A program made the position numbers and the translations under genes. A stretch of 63,849 bases of DNA, filler included, from Ferroacidibacillus organovorans (lineage in GTDB: Bacteria > Bacillota > Bacilli > Alicyclobacillales > SLC66): the NCBI RefSeq assembly GCF_001642725.1. It is 6 parts of 6 records of this genome, joined end to end, with 100 filler letters (N's around TTAATTAATTAA, not from the genome) between each part and the next. Parts side by side here need not be neighbours in the genome. Positions count along the whole stretch, not along the records: positions 35,713 to 46,702 come from NZ_LSUQ01000073.1; positions 46,803 to 57,775 come from NZ_LSUQ01000074.1; 4 more parts are not named here. The stretch is one strand, 5' to 3'. Shown here piece by piece: positions 39,201 to 48,987 of this stretch (within the stretch, counting starts at the first letter, position 1; each line of letters begins with the position of its first letter). The notes under the pieces were generated by a model. It did not search any database and was not told where the DNA came from. It worked only from the letters and a program-made list of their open reading frames with translations.

Positions 39201-40613
39201 ATGAGAAAAAATGCAATCCCATGGTTCGTGGCGGCGACGCTACTGGGTTCACTTTCCGCAAATCCAGTATTGGCAGCCACGGTATCTTCAGCGTCAAAGG
39301 CGTATCCTACGCGTATTGAGTGGAACGGGAAGGTGCTGATGAGCCCGCAGCATATGGTTCGGAGAGACTCTGGTGCAACGCAGCCAACCAGTTGGCTGCC
39401 CATTTGGTACTTGTTTCAGGTGCTCAAGCCCTTGGGTATCGAGAGTTCGTGGAACGGCAAGGATTGGAACTTGACGGTGCCTTCGGGGGAAGTCCAGGGC
39501 GGAACATCCTTGAAAAATAGTTCCCCGCCGAGTGGAGATATCCGGATCGAACTAAACGGACGTCCGGTCGAGTATGCGCCATGTATCGTGCATCGTGATT
39601 TCAGCGGACAGGTCATGACCTCCTATGTTCCGATCTGGTACCTCATGCAGGCGCTCGATCGCATCGGGATTCAATCGACATGGGATGGCACGACTTGGTC
39701 CCTCACTACATCGAAAGCGGTACCCGCTACAAAGATGCAGGTCGTCAAGGATTTTGCCAAGACGCTCCACATCGCTCTCGATTCCAGTGGCGTCAATCCG
39801 TTTGATGATGTCCCGTCTGCCGACTGGCCTTATGTTCATACCGCATTGACTAAGGGATATTTCATGCCAGATAGCCCAACTCATTTTGGCGCCTCCGACA
39901 ACATCTCGCTGGAAACAGTGGATCACGCCTATCAAACGTATGTGGGGATTCCGGACGGCGACTTGTCCTGGAACGCTGGTGGCAATACGGTGGCGTGGGC
40001 GAATGCTGTCCAGTTGAATCTAGGCGTCACGCAGGGGACGATGACGTCGACAGAGGAGACGCAGGTGATGTCCAATTTGGCGGATCTTTACCAAGGCTAT
40101 TCAAAAACCTCGGATGGGTCGTATCACGTGTGGTTTCAACCGTATGATGCTAAGGTTGCATTTGCACACAATCCGAATGTGACAGCGGGAGTGGCTTCTG
40201 CTGGCCAGGAGAATTCGATCCGGCTGGCGGATCAAATCACGTTTTCGGTGCAGCCACAGGATGGACTGACTTTCATCCTTCCGGGTTTGGCGGATACAGA
40301 TGCTATGGAAATCACGGCCGGATCTCTGTTCAACAAGTCGGGAAATCACACGGAGTTCAGTATGGATGGCGGCGGCACATGGTCCGTGGCAGACGGGTTT
40401 GACGGATACGATTCAAGGGATCCAAGTAACGGTGGCGTCAAATCACCAGTGAAGGAAGTAATGGTGCGAACCGAAGGACATGCAGAACTGGGGGTGAGCG
40501 AGATAACAACCAATCGCGACACGACGTTTGTACAGGTGGATTTCAGTCCGTCATCTGGTTCGCAAGTTCCGAACATCCAAGACAGCAGTGGGCAGCCGGT
40601 TTGGAACGGATGA
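39201..40613 (+). CDS. Secreted surface protein with a duplicated N-terminal domain and an SLH-like segment
   Basis: Signal peptide; two copies of PIWYL.Q.L..LGI.S.W.G..W.LT; NPFDDVP..DWPYV. Confidence 0.75.
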   Translation: MRKNAIPWFVAATLLGSLSANPVLAATVSSASKAYPTRIEWNGKVLMSPQHMVRRDSGATQPTSWLPIWYLFQVLKPLGIESSWNGKDWNLTVPSGEVQGGTSLKNSSPPSGDIRIELNGRPVEYAPCIVHRDFSGQVMTSYVPIWYLMQALDRIGIQSTWDGTTWSLTTSKAVPATKMQVVKDFAKTLHIALDSSGVNPFDDVPSADWPYVHTALTKGYFMPDSPTHFGASDNISLETVDHAYQTYVGIPDGDLSWNAGGNTVAWANAVQLNLGVTQGTMTSTEETQVMSNLADLYQGYSKTSDGSYHVWFQPYDAKVAFAHNPNVTAGVASAGQENSIRLADQITFSVQPQDGLTFILPGLADTDAMEITAGSLFNKSGNHTEFSMDGGGTWSVADGFDGYDSRDPSNGGVKSPVKEVMVRTEGHAELGVSEITTNRDTTFVQVDFSPSSGSQVPNIQDSSGQPVWNG

Positions 40614-40641
40614 ACGTCGCAAAGTTGGTTGTTTTCTGGGT

Positions 40642-40917
40642 TCAGTAGTGTTTGAGCGCCTTGTCATGGTGATTGATGTTGCGCAGCAGGAGGGTGTGCC
40701 CATCGACAAACTCGAAGGTGATTCGCAAGTCCATATTGACAGAGCATTCAAAGACTGCGTCGGTTCCCTGTACCCGTTTCATGCGTAATGATGGGTGTGC
40801 AGGAGGAAAAGCGATCAAATATCGAAAGGTTTTTTCCACCTGTGCCACGACCCGAGGGTTCCCCTTAGCAAGGCGTCGAAACTGATGAATGAAGCGCTCG
40901 GTTTGTGTCAGCTTCAT
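40642..40917 (-). CDS. RelE/ParE-superfamily toxin
   Basis: TERFIHQF, HPSLRMKRVQG, SVNMDLRITF, LRNINHHD. Confidence 0.82.
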   Translation of the reverse strand: MKLTQTERFIHQFRRLAKGNPRVVAQVEKTFRYLIAFPPAHPSLRMKRVQGTDAVFECSVNMDLRITFEFVDGHTLLLRNINHHDKALKHY

Positions 40918-41171
40918 GGGGTTCGGCGCTCTTCGTTGTTACCCAAAAGATCTCTCATCATGTCCTCGGCGGAATCGTATGCCCGACTCACCCGTCCTGC
41001 CGCCTTATCTGCGTCCGCTTCACGTTCCCCTTCTTGCCACTCTTCTGTCCAGTACCAGGATTGATTATCATGTTCCACGATGGATTTGACAGCCGCATAA
41101 GCGGTCTCTAAATCGATGGGATCGTCAATCCGGTCAATCAGCCGATAGAACTCCTCTTTATTCACTGCCAT
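40914..41171 (-). CDS. Cognate antitoxin
   Basis: Acidic; QSWYWTEEWQEGEREADAD..AGR motif; 4-nt overlap with the toxin; GAGGAGG RBS. Confidence 0.8.
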   Translation of the reverse strand: MAVNKEEFYRLIDRIDDPIDLETAYAAVKSIVEHDNQSWYWTEEWQEGEREADADKAAGRVSRAYDSAEDMMRDLLGNNEERRTP

Positions 41172-41284
41172 TCAAGTCCGCCTCCTCATGTTCTACTTTC
41201 ATCAGTATACCATTTGGCTCGGCAGCGCGGCGTGGATTTGCACGCTCGGATTGTCTGGTTTGTTTTGCTCTCGATAGACGAATT

Positions 41285-43285
41285 TTGAGAAAGGTGGCGA
41301 AGAAAATGGGCCGTTTGCCGATACGTTGGACGAAAGCTGCCTCGACTGTAATGGCGATGTTGTCCGTGATGTTCAGCATGACAAATACCGCACTTGCGTA
41401 TGTGGCGCGGGCAGACAACCCGCCAGATACCTCGGGTTCCATTATCCCCAATGGTCAAATTGTCGGAGGAACCCAGTTTGTCATCCGGCAGACGAACGAT
41501 CCGACGCTGGTAGACATTCAGGATCGAAGTGACCGCTACAAATACGGCTCCGATGGTATGCCGATTTCCAACGGCAACGACACCCTCGGCGGCATCTGGG
41601 GGTTCGACCATGTTAGCCACAACGGCGTGCCCATCTCCTCGAACAATGGATACAAGATGGTCGGACAGTCGACCGTGTCGCAGTGGATCGCCGCTCTCAA
41701 AGGCGATCCATCCTATGTACAGGCTCATCTGTGGAACACGACGTTCGTAGACAGTGCCGGACAGACGTTTCCTGTCTCCAATGTCTCGCAGATTGTCGAA
41801 ATGAGTGGGGCGTCCTTTGTTCCCGGCGATCCTTGGTACGACCAGCCGGTATACGCCACCAATCCACCGCGGGCGCAGGTGTCGATTGTCGGTTCCGCCC
41901 AAGTTGAACAAGGCGTACCTCTACAGTTTGAAAACCACGCGTGGATCGAGGCGTATCACACCGCCTATCACTTTGAGTACGTGACAGTGACCAGTGCTAC
42001 CGGGCAGGATGTAACGTCCCAGAGTTTTCGTGAATCCAATTTGCAGGGTCGCGCCCCGTACAACGGCGAGACACTGTACGCGCCAGACGGCTCCGTGATG
42101 GTTGAAGTGGCGGGCGGCGGCACGACGACGTACCCGCCGACGTTCGTCGAATCGACGGACGGGAACAGTGGGCGGGCAAACGAGATTGATACGTCCAGCC
42201 TTGCACCCGGTCGATACGTGATCCACCTGTACGTCAAGGACTGGTTCAACCGCGCCGCGACGGCAGCAACAGCATCGTTTACGGTCACGAAATCGCCTAC
42301 GCCACCGCCCCCACCGCCTCCGCCGCCCCCAAGCGGAGGAGGATGCACACCGTCGTCGGTTCCACCCATGCCGGGAAATTTTGTGCTGTCGTACATGTGG
42401 ACGTCAGACGGATCGGGCGGACAGATGCTGACCTGGACAGACACCCACTGGCAACTCCAAGCCCGAACAGATGGCCAGGGATGTGTGTCCTATGTGTGGG
42501 TGGACGAGCCCATCACCTACCATCATGACTACCCGCAGAATCTAAGCCACTTTCAAGTGACCGGACTCTTCTATGACCCAGGCCAGCCGGGGGATGTCTG
42601 GTCGCCGTCAAACCCGGGTGCCTCCCAGCAAAACAGCGATGCTTATGTGGATGGTTCCACCCTTGGCGGTGCCACGCCGCAACCTACCTACGGAAATCCG
42701 GCGCGAAATCCCGCCGTGTACGTGCGCGTGGGTGGGGGCATGGCCTATCGCTTGGAATGGTCCGGTTCACCACACGATTTGCCCGCCCTATCGAATGTGA
42801 ACTTCAACTTGGTCAACCCGGACGGCGACACGCGCGCGTGGACGCAGGCGTTTACGCTTCTTCCCGGCACCCTGATGAGCAAGGGAGATGTGCCAAGCTG
42901 GGATCCGTACGGGAACGGGTACCCGTCGCCTGCCACCGAATACGGCTGGGTGTACACGCGGATCCCCAAATACGCAACCGGTGGTGTGCCCACGTCCTAC
43001 TCGCAACTGACCGCGTGGAATCTGACGGGCGACCCTGGCAGCGCTGCCCATCTCGCATCGACTGTGACGATCACGACGCAGTCAGGGGCATCGGTCACCT
43101 GGACGAACCCGGATCTGGCGCAGGCGCTCGGTTACCCGACGTGGTATTTCCTGCATCAAATTCCGGATGCATCCGCGCGGTACGCAAACACCGCCTCGTC
43201 TTGGTCCGGCATGGTTGCAAGTCCTTTGCCCCAAATGACCGTCACCGGACAACGGGTGCCCATCCCAATGGCGGCCGGCCCATAA
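41285..43285 (+). CDS. Large secreted protein with polyproline linker (candidate adhesin/pilus-associated)
   Basis: Signal peptide; Ig-like LAPGRYVIHLYVKDW; PTPPPPPPPPPS linker; upstream of Flp/Tad genes. Confidence 0.72.
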   Translation: MRKVAKKMGRLPIRWTKAASTVMAMLSVMFSMTNTALAYVARADNPPDTSGSIIPNGQIVGGTQFVIRQTNDPTLVDIQDRSDRYKYGSDGMPISNGNDTLGGIWGFDHVSHNGVPISSNNGYKMVGQSTVSQWIAALKGDPSYVQAHLWNTTFVDSAGQTFPVSNVSQIVEMSGASFVPGDPWYDQPVYATNPPRAQVSIVGSAQVEQGVPLQFENHAWIEAYHTAYHFEYVTVTSATGQDVTSQSFRESNLQGRAPYNGETLYAPDGSVMVEVAGGGTTTYPPTFVESTDGNSGRANEIDTSSLAPGRYVIHLYVKDWFNRAATAATASFTVTKSPTPPPPPPPPPPSGGGCTPSSVPPMPGNFVLSYMWTSDGSGGQMLTWTDTHWQLQARTDGQGCVSYVWVDEPITYHHDYPQNLSHFQVTGLFYDPGQPGDVWSPSNPGASQQNSDAYVDGSTLGGATPQPTYGNPARNPAVYVRVGGGMAYRLEWSGSPHDLPALSNVNFNLVNPDGDTRAWTQAFTLLPGTLMSKGDVPSWDPYGNGYPSPATEYGWVYTRIPKYATGGVPTSYSQLTAWNLTGDPGSAAHLASTVTITTQSGASVTWTNPDLAQALGYPTWYFLHQIPDASARYANTASSWSGMVASPLPQMTVTGQRVPIPMAAGP

Positions 43286-43334
43286 CACACCTTCAGTTGG
43301 TTTTGTGCGACAGGTTTCGGAACCGAATGTACTT

Positions 43335-43377
43335 GGCACCGGGTTGGCACCAAAGGGACTATTTGCCGTGATACCGT
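43335..43377 (+). promoter_or_regulatory. GGCAC-repeat promoter, copy 5, upstream of the Tad/Flp operon
   Basis: GGCAC-CGGGTT-GGCACC-N20-TACCGT with extended TG. Confidence 0.62.
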
Positions 43378-43508
43378 AGTCGTGATGGGAGGTGGGTCGT
43401 TTTGACGCTCGGGTTTCGCGTGCTGATGCAAGCGAGCGTGTCTGTGTGACTTGAGTGGATTTCTCATAGGAATTCGAAAGGAAAAATCGCGAAAGGAGTG
43501 AACAGCCT

Positions 43509-44624
43509 GTGCTGTATATGGCATTGCCTGTCGATCTGCGTGATCGGTACAAAGGGAGCGAATGGCTCGCGTATGCGAGACGAATTGACGAGTTCCCGTG
43601 GCAAGCGGGGGATACGCTCGTGGTATGCGAATGGATGATCCAGAACCGCCACAGCCTTCTTCAGACGCTTGGCCGTGTATCGCAACGTGGTGCACGCGTG
43701 GTGTTTGTCGGATCCAATCTGCATGAATCAGACGCGTTCAAACGAGACCTGTGTCTGGTGGGGGTGTACGACTTTTTGTTTGTTGGGGAAGAGTTGGTGT
43801 TGCAGGAACTGGATGACTTACTGGCTCATCCGCGGTCGCAAAATGACGTTGTTGCGTACCTACAGGAGGATATGGCCGATGTTCTCACCCCGCCGCAGGT
43901 GATTGACGTGTTTACGGGAGAGGGGGATCCGTTTTCTTGGGCACCGCTGCGCGAAGAGGGTGAAGCACGTTTTGACACATTGGTTCAGGAACCGGCCGTT
44001 GGTTCACCACGCTCTCAAGGGACGCAGGGCGATGTGAGCCCGGTTCGACGATTTATATGGCCGACACCGTCTCCGGTTCGCGTGCAGATTCAAGGTGACC
44101 ACGGCGGCGGGAAGTCGTTTCTCGCACTGCAACTTTTGAGTCTTTGCCACGCGAATGAGTTGCCCGCGGCCCTCGTCGAGGAGGATGCAACATCTCTTCA
44201 GGCATGGTGTGAACCGCGCCTTGCAGACCACGTGATGACCGAAGAGCCGCCCCCGGGATACCGGGTCATCATCGATACGCGACCGGACGTGGGTGCGTCC
44301 GATCTGATCCTCGTCATCACTTGGCCGGGTGCATCGATTTTGCCGCCCAGTCCTTCTGAACCAGAGATACCGGTGGTTTGGGTCGTCAATCACCATACGC
44401 CCGGTGTCCTGTGGTCGACCCCTGCAGACATCGATTGTATCCTCATTCCGCACGAACCCCGCCAGTTTCACGCGATGCGTATGAAGACGCCGCTGGTGGA
44501 ATTGGATCCCACGTTTGCGATGCATTTTCAGCCCCTTATTGAGCGCATTGCTGCGCGTTTCGTGGATCCCGATAGACGACCCATTTTTGGAGGTGATGAG
44601 CATGTTGTTGCTGCTCGAGCATGA
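43509..44624 (+). CDS. Receiver-like domain plus degenerate P-loop protein (CpaE/TadZ-like)
   Basis: GVYDF receiver-like end; GDHGGGKS; RVIIDT. Confidence 0.6.
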   Translation: MLYMALPVDLRDRYKGSEWLAYARRIDEFPWQAGDTLVVCEWMIQNRHSLLQTLGRVSQRGARVVFVGSNLHESDAFKRDLCLVGVYDFLFVGEELVLQELDDLLAHPRSQNDVVAYLQEDMADVLTPPQVIDVFTGEGDPFSWAPLREEGEARFDTLVQEPAVGSPRSQGTQGDVSPVRRFIWPTPSPVRVQIQGDHGGGKSFLALQLLSLCHANELPAALVEEDATSLQAWCEPRLADHVMTEEPPPGYRVIIDTRPDVGASDLILVITWPGASILPPSPSEPEIPVVWVVNHHTPGVLWSTPADIDCILIPHEPRQFHAMRMKTPLVELDPTFAMHFQPLIERIAARFVDPDRRPIFGGDEHVVAARA

Positions 44625-45831
44625 TCGGGTGAAACAAAAGGCGGCGATGGCAGCTGCCAAGCGTGCGGGCCTGAGCTTGACCGCGATCGATGAGGAGGAT
44701 GCGTTGCGTCCGGTGGACATGCCCTCCGTAAAGTTGCTGCTTCTCGGTCGGGATTGGCCGGGGGACCTGCTGACCAAGTTGCGGGAACAAGGACTCCATG
44801 CTCCGACAATTTATGTGTCCACATCTTTGGCGGACGAGGCGGTTGACATAGCAAAGACCCTAGGATGCGTGGATGTCGTCGCGTATCCGCTTGAGATGGA
44901 ATACCTTCGTCGTTGGATCCCACCCGCGACCAAGGGTGAACCGAACACTTCGCTCCCCGAGTCCCACTCGCCGCTGGAAGCGATCTTGGCGCGACGACGA
45001 GCGCCGGATGGGCGACCAAGAGACTTGGATCCGCTCCATGACACTGCTCAGGATGACCCGGACGCGCCGCTGCGTGGACGGGTCATTGTTGTTCACAGCG
45101 CCCGCGGTGGTGTCGGCAAGTCGACGGTGACGGCACTCATGGCACGCATTCTTGCGAAGCAAGGCGTCTCGGTCGGCGTGATCGATCTCGATCCGAAAGG
45201 GAACCTGCAGGCCATCCACCACCGACAGGCGGCGCTGACGACGGATGATTTTACGCGCCTTCCCGCCCAGATGGACGATGCCACGCTGCGTGAGTCGCTG
45301 GTATCGATTGATAGTTGGCATCTGCTCCCGAGCGGCCGCATGCGCGACGGCCTGGACCCGGGTACGCTGCGCCGACTGGTTCAACCGTTTGCGCGGGCGT
45401 TCGACGTTGTCCTCATCGACACCAGCCCGTCGTCGGCCATCACGTATGCCGCGCTGGATCTAGCCGATCGGGTGGTGTTCGTGATGACGCCGGAGTGGAT
45501 GGCGTTCAAGCGATTCGTCGAGGAATACGAACTGGTCCGGCATTTGAAATCGCCGGAACGTGTGGTGGTCACCGTGAACCGCATTCGCAAACACGTGACG
45601 GAACATCACCGCGCCTTGCGCCTGCTCGATGAAGCAGGCGTTCGGTCGGTGGTGGTACACATGCCAGAAGACAGGCGGCTGTACCGTGCGCTCATGAGTG
45701 CCGGACCGCTCGCTGGCAGTCGTCCGGTGCAGGATGCGACCCTGCACGTGATTGAAGCGCTGCGGCTGGTGCCAGAGCGCTTGCCTGTGCGCCGCAGTCG
45801 CCGCTGGAGAAAGGTGGTGGCGAATCGATGA
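44602..45831 (+). CDS. CpaE/TadZ/MinD-type ATPase with receiver-like N-terminus
   Basis: HSARGGVGKST deviant Walker A; IDLDPKGN; FDVVLIDTSP. Confidence 0.82.
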   Translation: MLLLLEHDRVKQKAAMAAAKRAGLSLTAIDEEDALRPVDMPSVKLLLLGRDWPGDLLTKLREQGLHAPTIYVSTSLADEAVDIAKTLGCVDVVAYPLEMEYLRRWIPPATKGEPNTSLPESHSPLEAILARRRAPDGRPRDLDPLHDTAQDDPDAPLRGRVIVVHSARGGVGKSTVTALMARILAKQGVSVGVIDLDPKGNLQAIHHRQAALTTDDFTRLPAQMDDATLRESLVSIDSWHLLPSGRMRDGLDPGTLRRLVQPFARAFDVVLIDTSPSSAITYAALDLADRVVFVMTPEWMAFKRFVEEYELVRHLKSPERVVVTVNRIRKHVTEHHRALRLLDEAGVRSVVVHMPEDRRLYRALMSAGPLAGSRPVQDATLHVIEALRLVPERLPVRRSRRWRKVVANR

Positions 45832-46583
45832 GAAAGAGCACGTTGTCATTCGTTTTGGGGCTCGTCTGCGCTGTCCTTGCGGGCGTCATCGGATCCGTAG
45901 TCCTTCTTCGCGCGGCGAATACGGAGACCGTTGTCGTGGCCACGAGACCTTTGTACCCGTACACACGAATTGCGCCCGCTGACGTCACGACGGTCACCCT
46001 GCCAAAAACCGCTGGCATCACCGGCATGGCAACAAACCCTGACGCGGTGGTCGGGAAGTACCTCTCGTTCGCTGTGCCCAAAGGCGACCCGGTGACGACG
46101 GCAGATTTGAACCCGTCCGGCGGAAGTTTTTCGACGTTTCTCACCCAGTACACGGAACGCACTGGCCAGACCGGCATGCTGATGGCACTCCCTGTGCAGA
46201 CGCCGCTCGCGTCGGTCGTGAATCCTGGAGAGAGCATCGCGCTGCTTGTGACGACCCAAACCGCCACTGGACCGATGCTCACCACAATTGAACCAGTGCC
46301 GGTGTTGAACGTCCTCGCACCTGCGAAAGGTGGCGCTCCCACGGCACTGCTCCTGTTTGTGTCCGAGCAGGACTACCGCGTGCTCGCGCCTGCGATTTTA
46401 AACAACAGCGTCCAAATCGGTCTCATCCCGCAAAACGGGACGTTCGCCGCACCAGAGACGATCTCCCTGTCCTCGGCAGCAGCACCTACGACTGCGTCGG
46501 GGAACACGGAGACCCAAGTCACGACGTCCCCACCTCCAAGCACTGGCAGTCAGTCACCCGGTTCCAAGGCAGGTGGACGCTGA
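45828..46583 (+). CDS. cpaB: Flp pilus assembly protein CpaB/RcpC (SAF domain)
   Basis: N-terminal TM; VVVATRPL..YTRIAPADV; VVGKY..VPKGDPVT..DL; VNPGE. Confidence 0.78.
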   Translation: MRKSTLSFVLGLVCAVLAGVIGSVVLLRAANTETVVVATRPLYPYTRIAPADVTTVTLPKTAGITGMATNPDAVVGKYLSFAVPKGDPVTTADLNPSGGSFSTFLTQYTERTGQTGMLMALPVQTPLASVVNPGESIALLVTTQTATGPMLTTIEPVPVLNVLAPAKGGAPTALLLFVSEQDYRVLAPAILNNSVQIGLIPQNGTFAAPETISLSSAAAPTTASGNTETQVTTSPPPSTGSQSPGSKAGGR

Positions 46584-46702
46584 TGGCCAGTGACAACACA
46601 CAGACACCGAATTACGTAGAGCGGCTGAAGTCAGCTGTGTTAGCGGATCCAAGAATGCGCCAACCAGGCACAACCCGCACCCAGTGGCACACGGTGCTGT
46701 AC
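46583..46702 (+). CDS. 5' fragment of the next operon gene (possibly CpaF/TadA ATPase), cut by the gap
   Basis: TGATG coupling to cpaB; MASDNTQTPNYVERLKSAVLADP...; identity inferred from gene order only. Confidence 0.4.
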
Positions 46703-46802
46703 NNNNNNNNNNNNNNNNNNNNNNNNNNNNNNNNNNNNNNNNNNNNTTAATTAATTAANNNNNNNNNNNNNNNNNNNNNNNNNNNNNNNNNNNNNNNNNN
46801 NN
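46703..46802. other. Artificial contig linker
   Basis: N-TTAATTAATTAA-N. Confidence 0.99.
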
Positions 46803-47141
46803 CTGTAACGCCTGCGCAACCTCATCCTGAATTTGCGCGGCAGACTTCATAAATACGCGGACCGTTTCGTGTGGATACACATCCGTCGGCGGCAAGATGC
46901 GATTGATCGAGGCGGTTGTCGGATTGGGGGAGACTGGTAACAGATTGCGCCCGACAAGCGCATTGATCAGGGATGATTTTCCGGCCGAAAACGCACCGAA
47001 TACTGCAATGGTTGACTCCTGATTGAGCAGTCGCTCGGCGCGCTGTGAGAGTTCTGCGCTGAGTGAGTCAAGGTCCGTCCCTGCAAGGAGCGTTGACACG
47101 CGGGCGAGTCGCTCTGCGACGTGAAGGATTTCCTGGTTCAT
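46803..47141 (-). CDS. Dynamin-like GTPase 2, 5' part (DynA D2-like)
   Basis: ATG 47141 overlaps the upstream TGA; VFGAFSAGKSSLINAL, LPVSPNPTTA. Confidence 0.85.
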
Positions 47142-48832
47142 TGCACATCCATCCCTTCTTGCCACGTCCTTGCGAGTGCAGCGCAAGCTTCCGCGCGCAG
47201 ATTTGCGGTTTCTTCTATCGCACAAAGTGATGAAAGATACGGTTGCAAGCGATCGAGCAGCGCGCGTGAAGACTGTGTCTGCTCGTCCAGCTCCTTTTTC
47301 AGAGCAACTTCGTACATGGAAGCGAGTTCCCGCGTCACTGCGCGCGCGGTTGAGCGCAGCGCCGCATCGATTGTTTTCGCATACTGGTATCCATAGCTCT
47401 CCGTGGTTAAAGCGCCCGCCGCGAGGTGTGATGTCACCCAGGCCGGATTGACACACTGCTCAAGCCGTTCAAACAGTGCAACGCACTTTTCTTCAAATGA
47501 AACGCCCTCTTGCATCTCGCGAAGATAGATTTGTCGAAGGTGCGCGATGATTCCTGTGTGAAATTTTTCAGCGACATCCTCTGTCAGCGCGACACGACGC
47601 GCCTCTCGCTCACGCTCCACTTTCGCAGATGTCGACAAGAAACCGACGCGAAAGTTTGGCGCTTGCGCCTCTACGAAACGGACGGCCAATTCAGTTGTGT
47701 GATAGGGCAAGAGGATCGCCTGATTGACAACCCCATCAAGCGCCTCTTGAAAACTGGACACGCGCTTTGCGCTCGTTTCCTGCGCATGAAGGACATGTTC
47801 TTTTGCCTCCTCACACGCACGCACCACAGAAGTCAAGCGCGTCAGTGGATCAACAACTTCTGATGTGTCCACCCCTTCTAGAGGCTCATATGCATCTAAG
47901 CGGGCAGACGTCAGTGCATCCGCGCTGGCCGCGTTTGCCTGCTCAACGCACCAAGCGCGGTGCTCTTCAAGCAGTTGCATAAGCGCCGGAATAAAACGCG
48001 CCTGCTCATCGCGTGCGTCAAGTGTTACCTCCAGTTGATCCTTAAACGTAAAAAGTTCACTGTCAGGCATTTCAGGGTGAAGCGCGCTGACAAAGTACAC
48101 ACCCGTGAGATCCATTCCCTCGTCTTGAAGCGTCGCGCGCACGTTTTCGGCAAACCATTCGAACGAGAGTTCCCACGCGTTGTGTTTGTCGATCTGATTG
48201 ACGACAAAAAAGAGCGGACGATTCAATTTCAAAAGGGCGCGCAACAAGCGCAGGTGATCTTCTGCGAGAACGTGATTGTAGTCCGTCACAAACACGATCA
48301 CATCCGCGAGAAAAAGCGCGTGCTTCGTCGCCTCTTCGTGGCGCACATCGGTAGAATCGACTCCCGGCGTGTCAACCAGCACAAAGTGAGCCGGGAGATT
48401 CACGGGAAGCGTGACATCGATGCGCACCACATCGCGCGCATCCGTAGACCACGCCGCAAGCAACTGGCGCGCCTCGTCATCGTCACCAACCCGCGCCGCG
48501 CGCGTGCCGTCGCGAAACAATGCCACCATGCGCGGTTCGCCGTGGCTCACAAAAACAAGATTGGCGCTTGTCGGCAGCGGACTCGTCGGCAACGAAACAC
48601 CTGCCAGCGCATTCATAAGGCTTGACTTTCCCGCAGAAAAATGACCGAGAAAAACAATGTGCCGAGCCTCTGTCCGACGCTTTTCAAGAAGCAACAACAC
48701 ACGTTCCACGCGCTGTTGATCGCCGTGTCCCTGCGCGAGTATCACTAATTGCTCCATCCAGTTTGCCAGCGCGTCGATTGGCACTGCCTCTGCCACCGCT
48801 CCCGCCATCATCTGTATCGCTTCCTGGTTCAA
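47138..48832 (-). CDS. Dynamin-like GTPase 1 (DynA D1-like)
   Basis: GHFSAGKSS, LPTSPLPTSAN, DTPGVDSTD, DYNHV, NQIDKH. Confidence 0.9.
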   Translation of the reverse strand: MNQEAIQMMAGAVAEAVPIDALANWMEQLVILAQGHGDQQRVERVLLLLEKRRTEARHIVFLGHFSAGKSSLMNALAGVSLPTSPLPTSANLVFVSHGEPRMVALFRDGTRAARVGDDDEARQLLAAWSTDARDVVRIDVTLPVNLPAHFVLVDTPGVDSTDVRHEEATKHALFLADVIVFVTDYNHVLAEDHLRLLRALLKLNRPLFFVVNQIDKHNAWELSFEWFAENVRATLQDEGMDLTGVYFVSALHPEMPDSELFTFKDQLEVTLDARDEQARFIPALMQLLEEHRAWCVEQANAASADALTSARLDAYEPLEGVDTSEVVDPLTRLTSVVRACEEAKEHVLHAQETSAKRVSSFQEALDGVVNQAILLPYHTTELAVRFVEAQAPNFRVGFLSTSAKVEREREARRVALTEDVAEKFHTGIIAHLRQIYLREMQEGVSFEEKCVALFERLEQCVNPAWVTSHLAAGALTTESYGYQYAKTIDAALRSTARAVTRELASMYEVALKKELDEQTQSSRALLDRLQPYLSSLCAIEETANLRAEACAALARTWQEGMDVQ

Positions 48833-48927
48833 CGCGAAAACTCCCTTATTCCCTACGTTTCATACGATAAACATTCACCTGCGTTCCCTCTAGTTTACCG
48901 ATCGACAGAATACCTGGCAAACCCGCA

Positions 48928-48966
48928 AAAAGGCCGACGTTAGCGGCAGGCTAACGTCGGCCTTTT
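48928..48966. terminator. Bidirectional terminator
   Basis: AAAAGGCCGACGTTAGC-GGCAG-GCTAACGTCGGCCTTTT. Confidence 0.8.
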
Positions 48967-48987
48967 AAAAGCCTTCAATTTACAACC

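Noticed and set aside
42296..42330. CCG/CCA-rich low-complexity tract
   Set aside because: Encodes a polyproline linker in the secreted protein; not a separate element.
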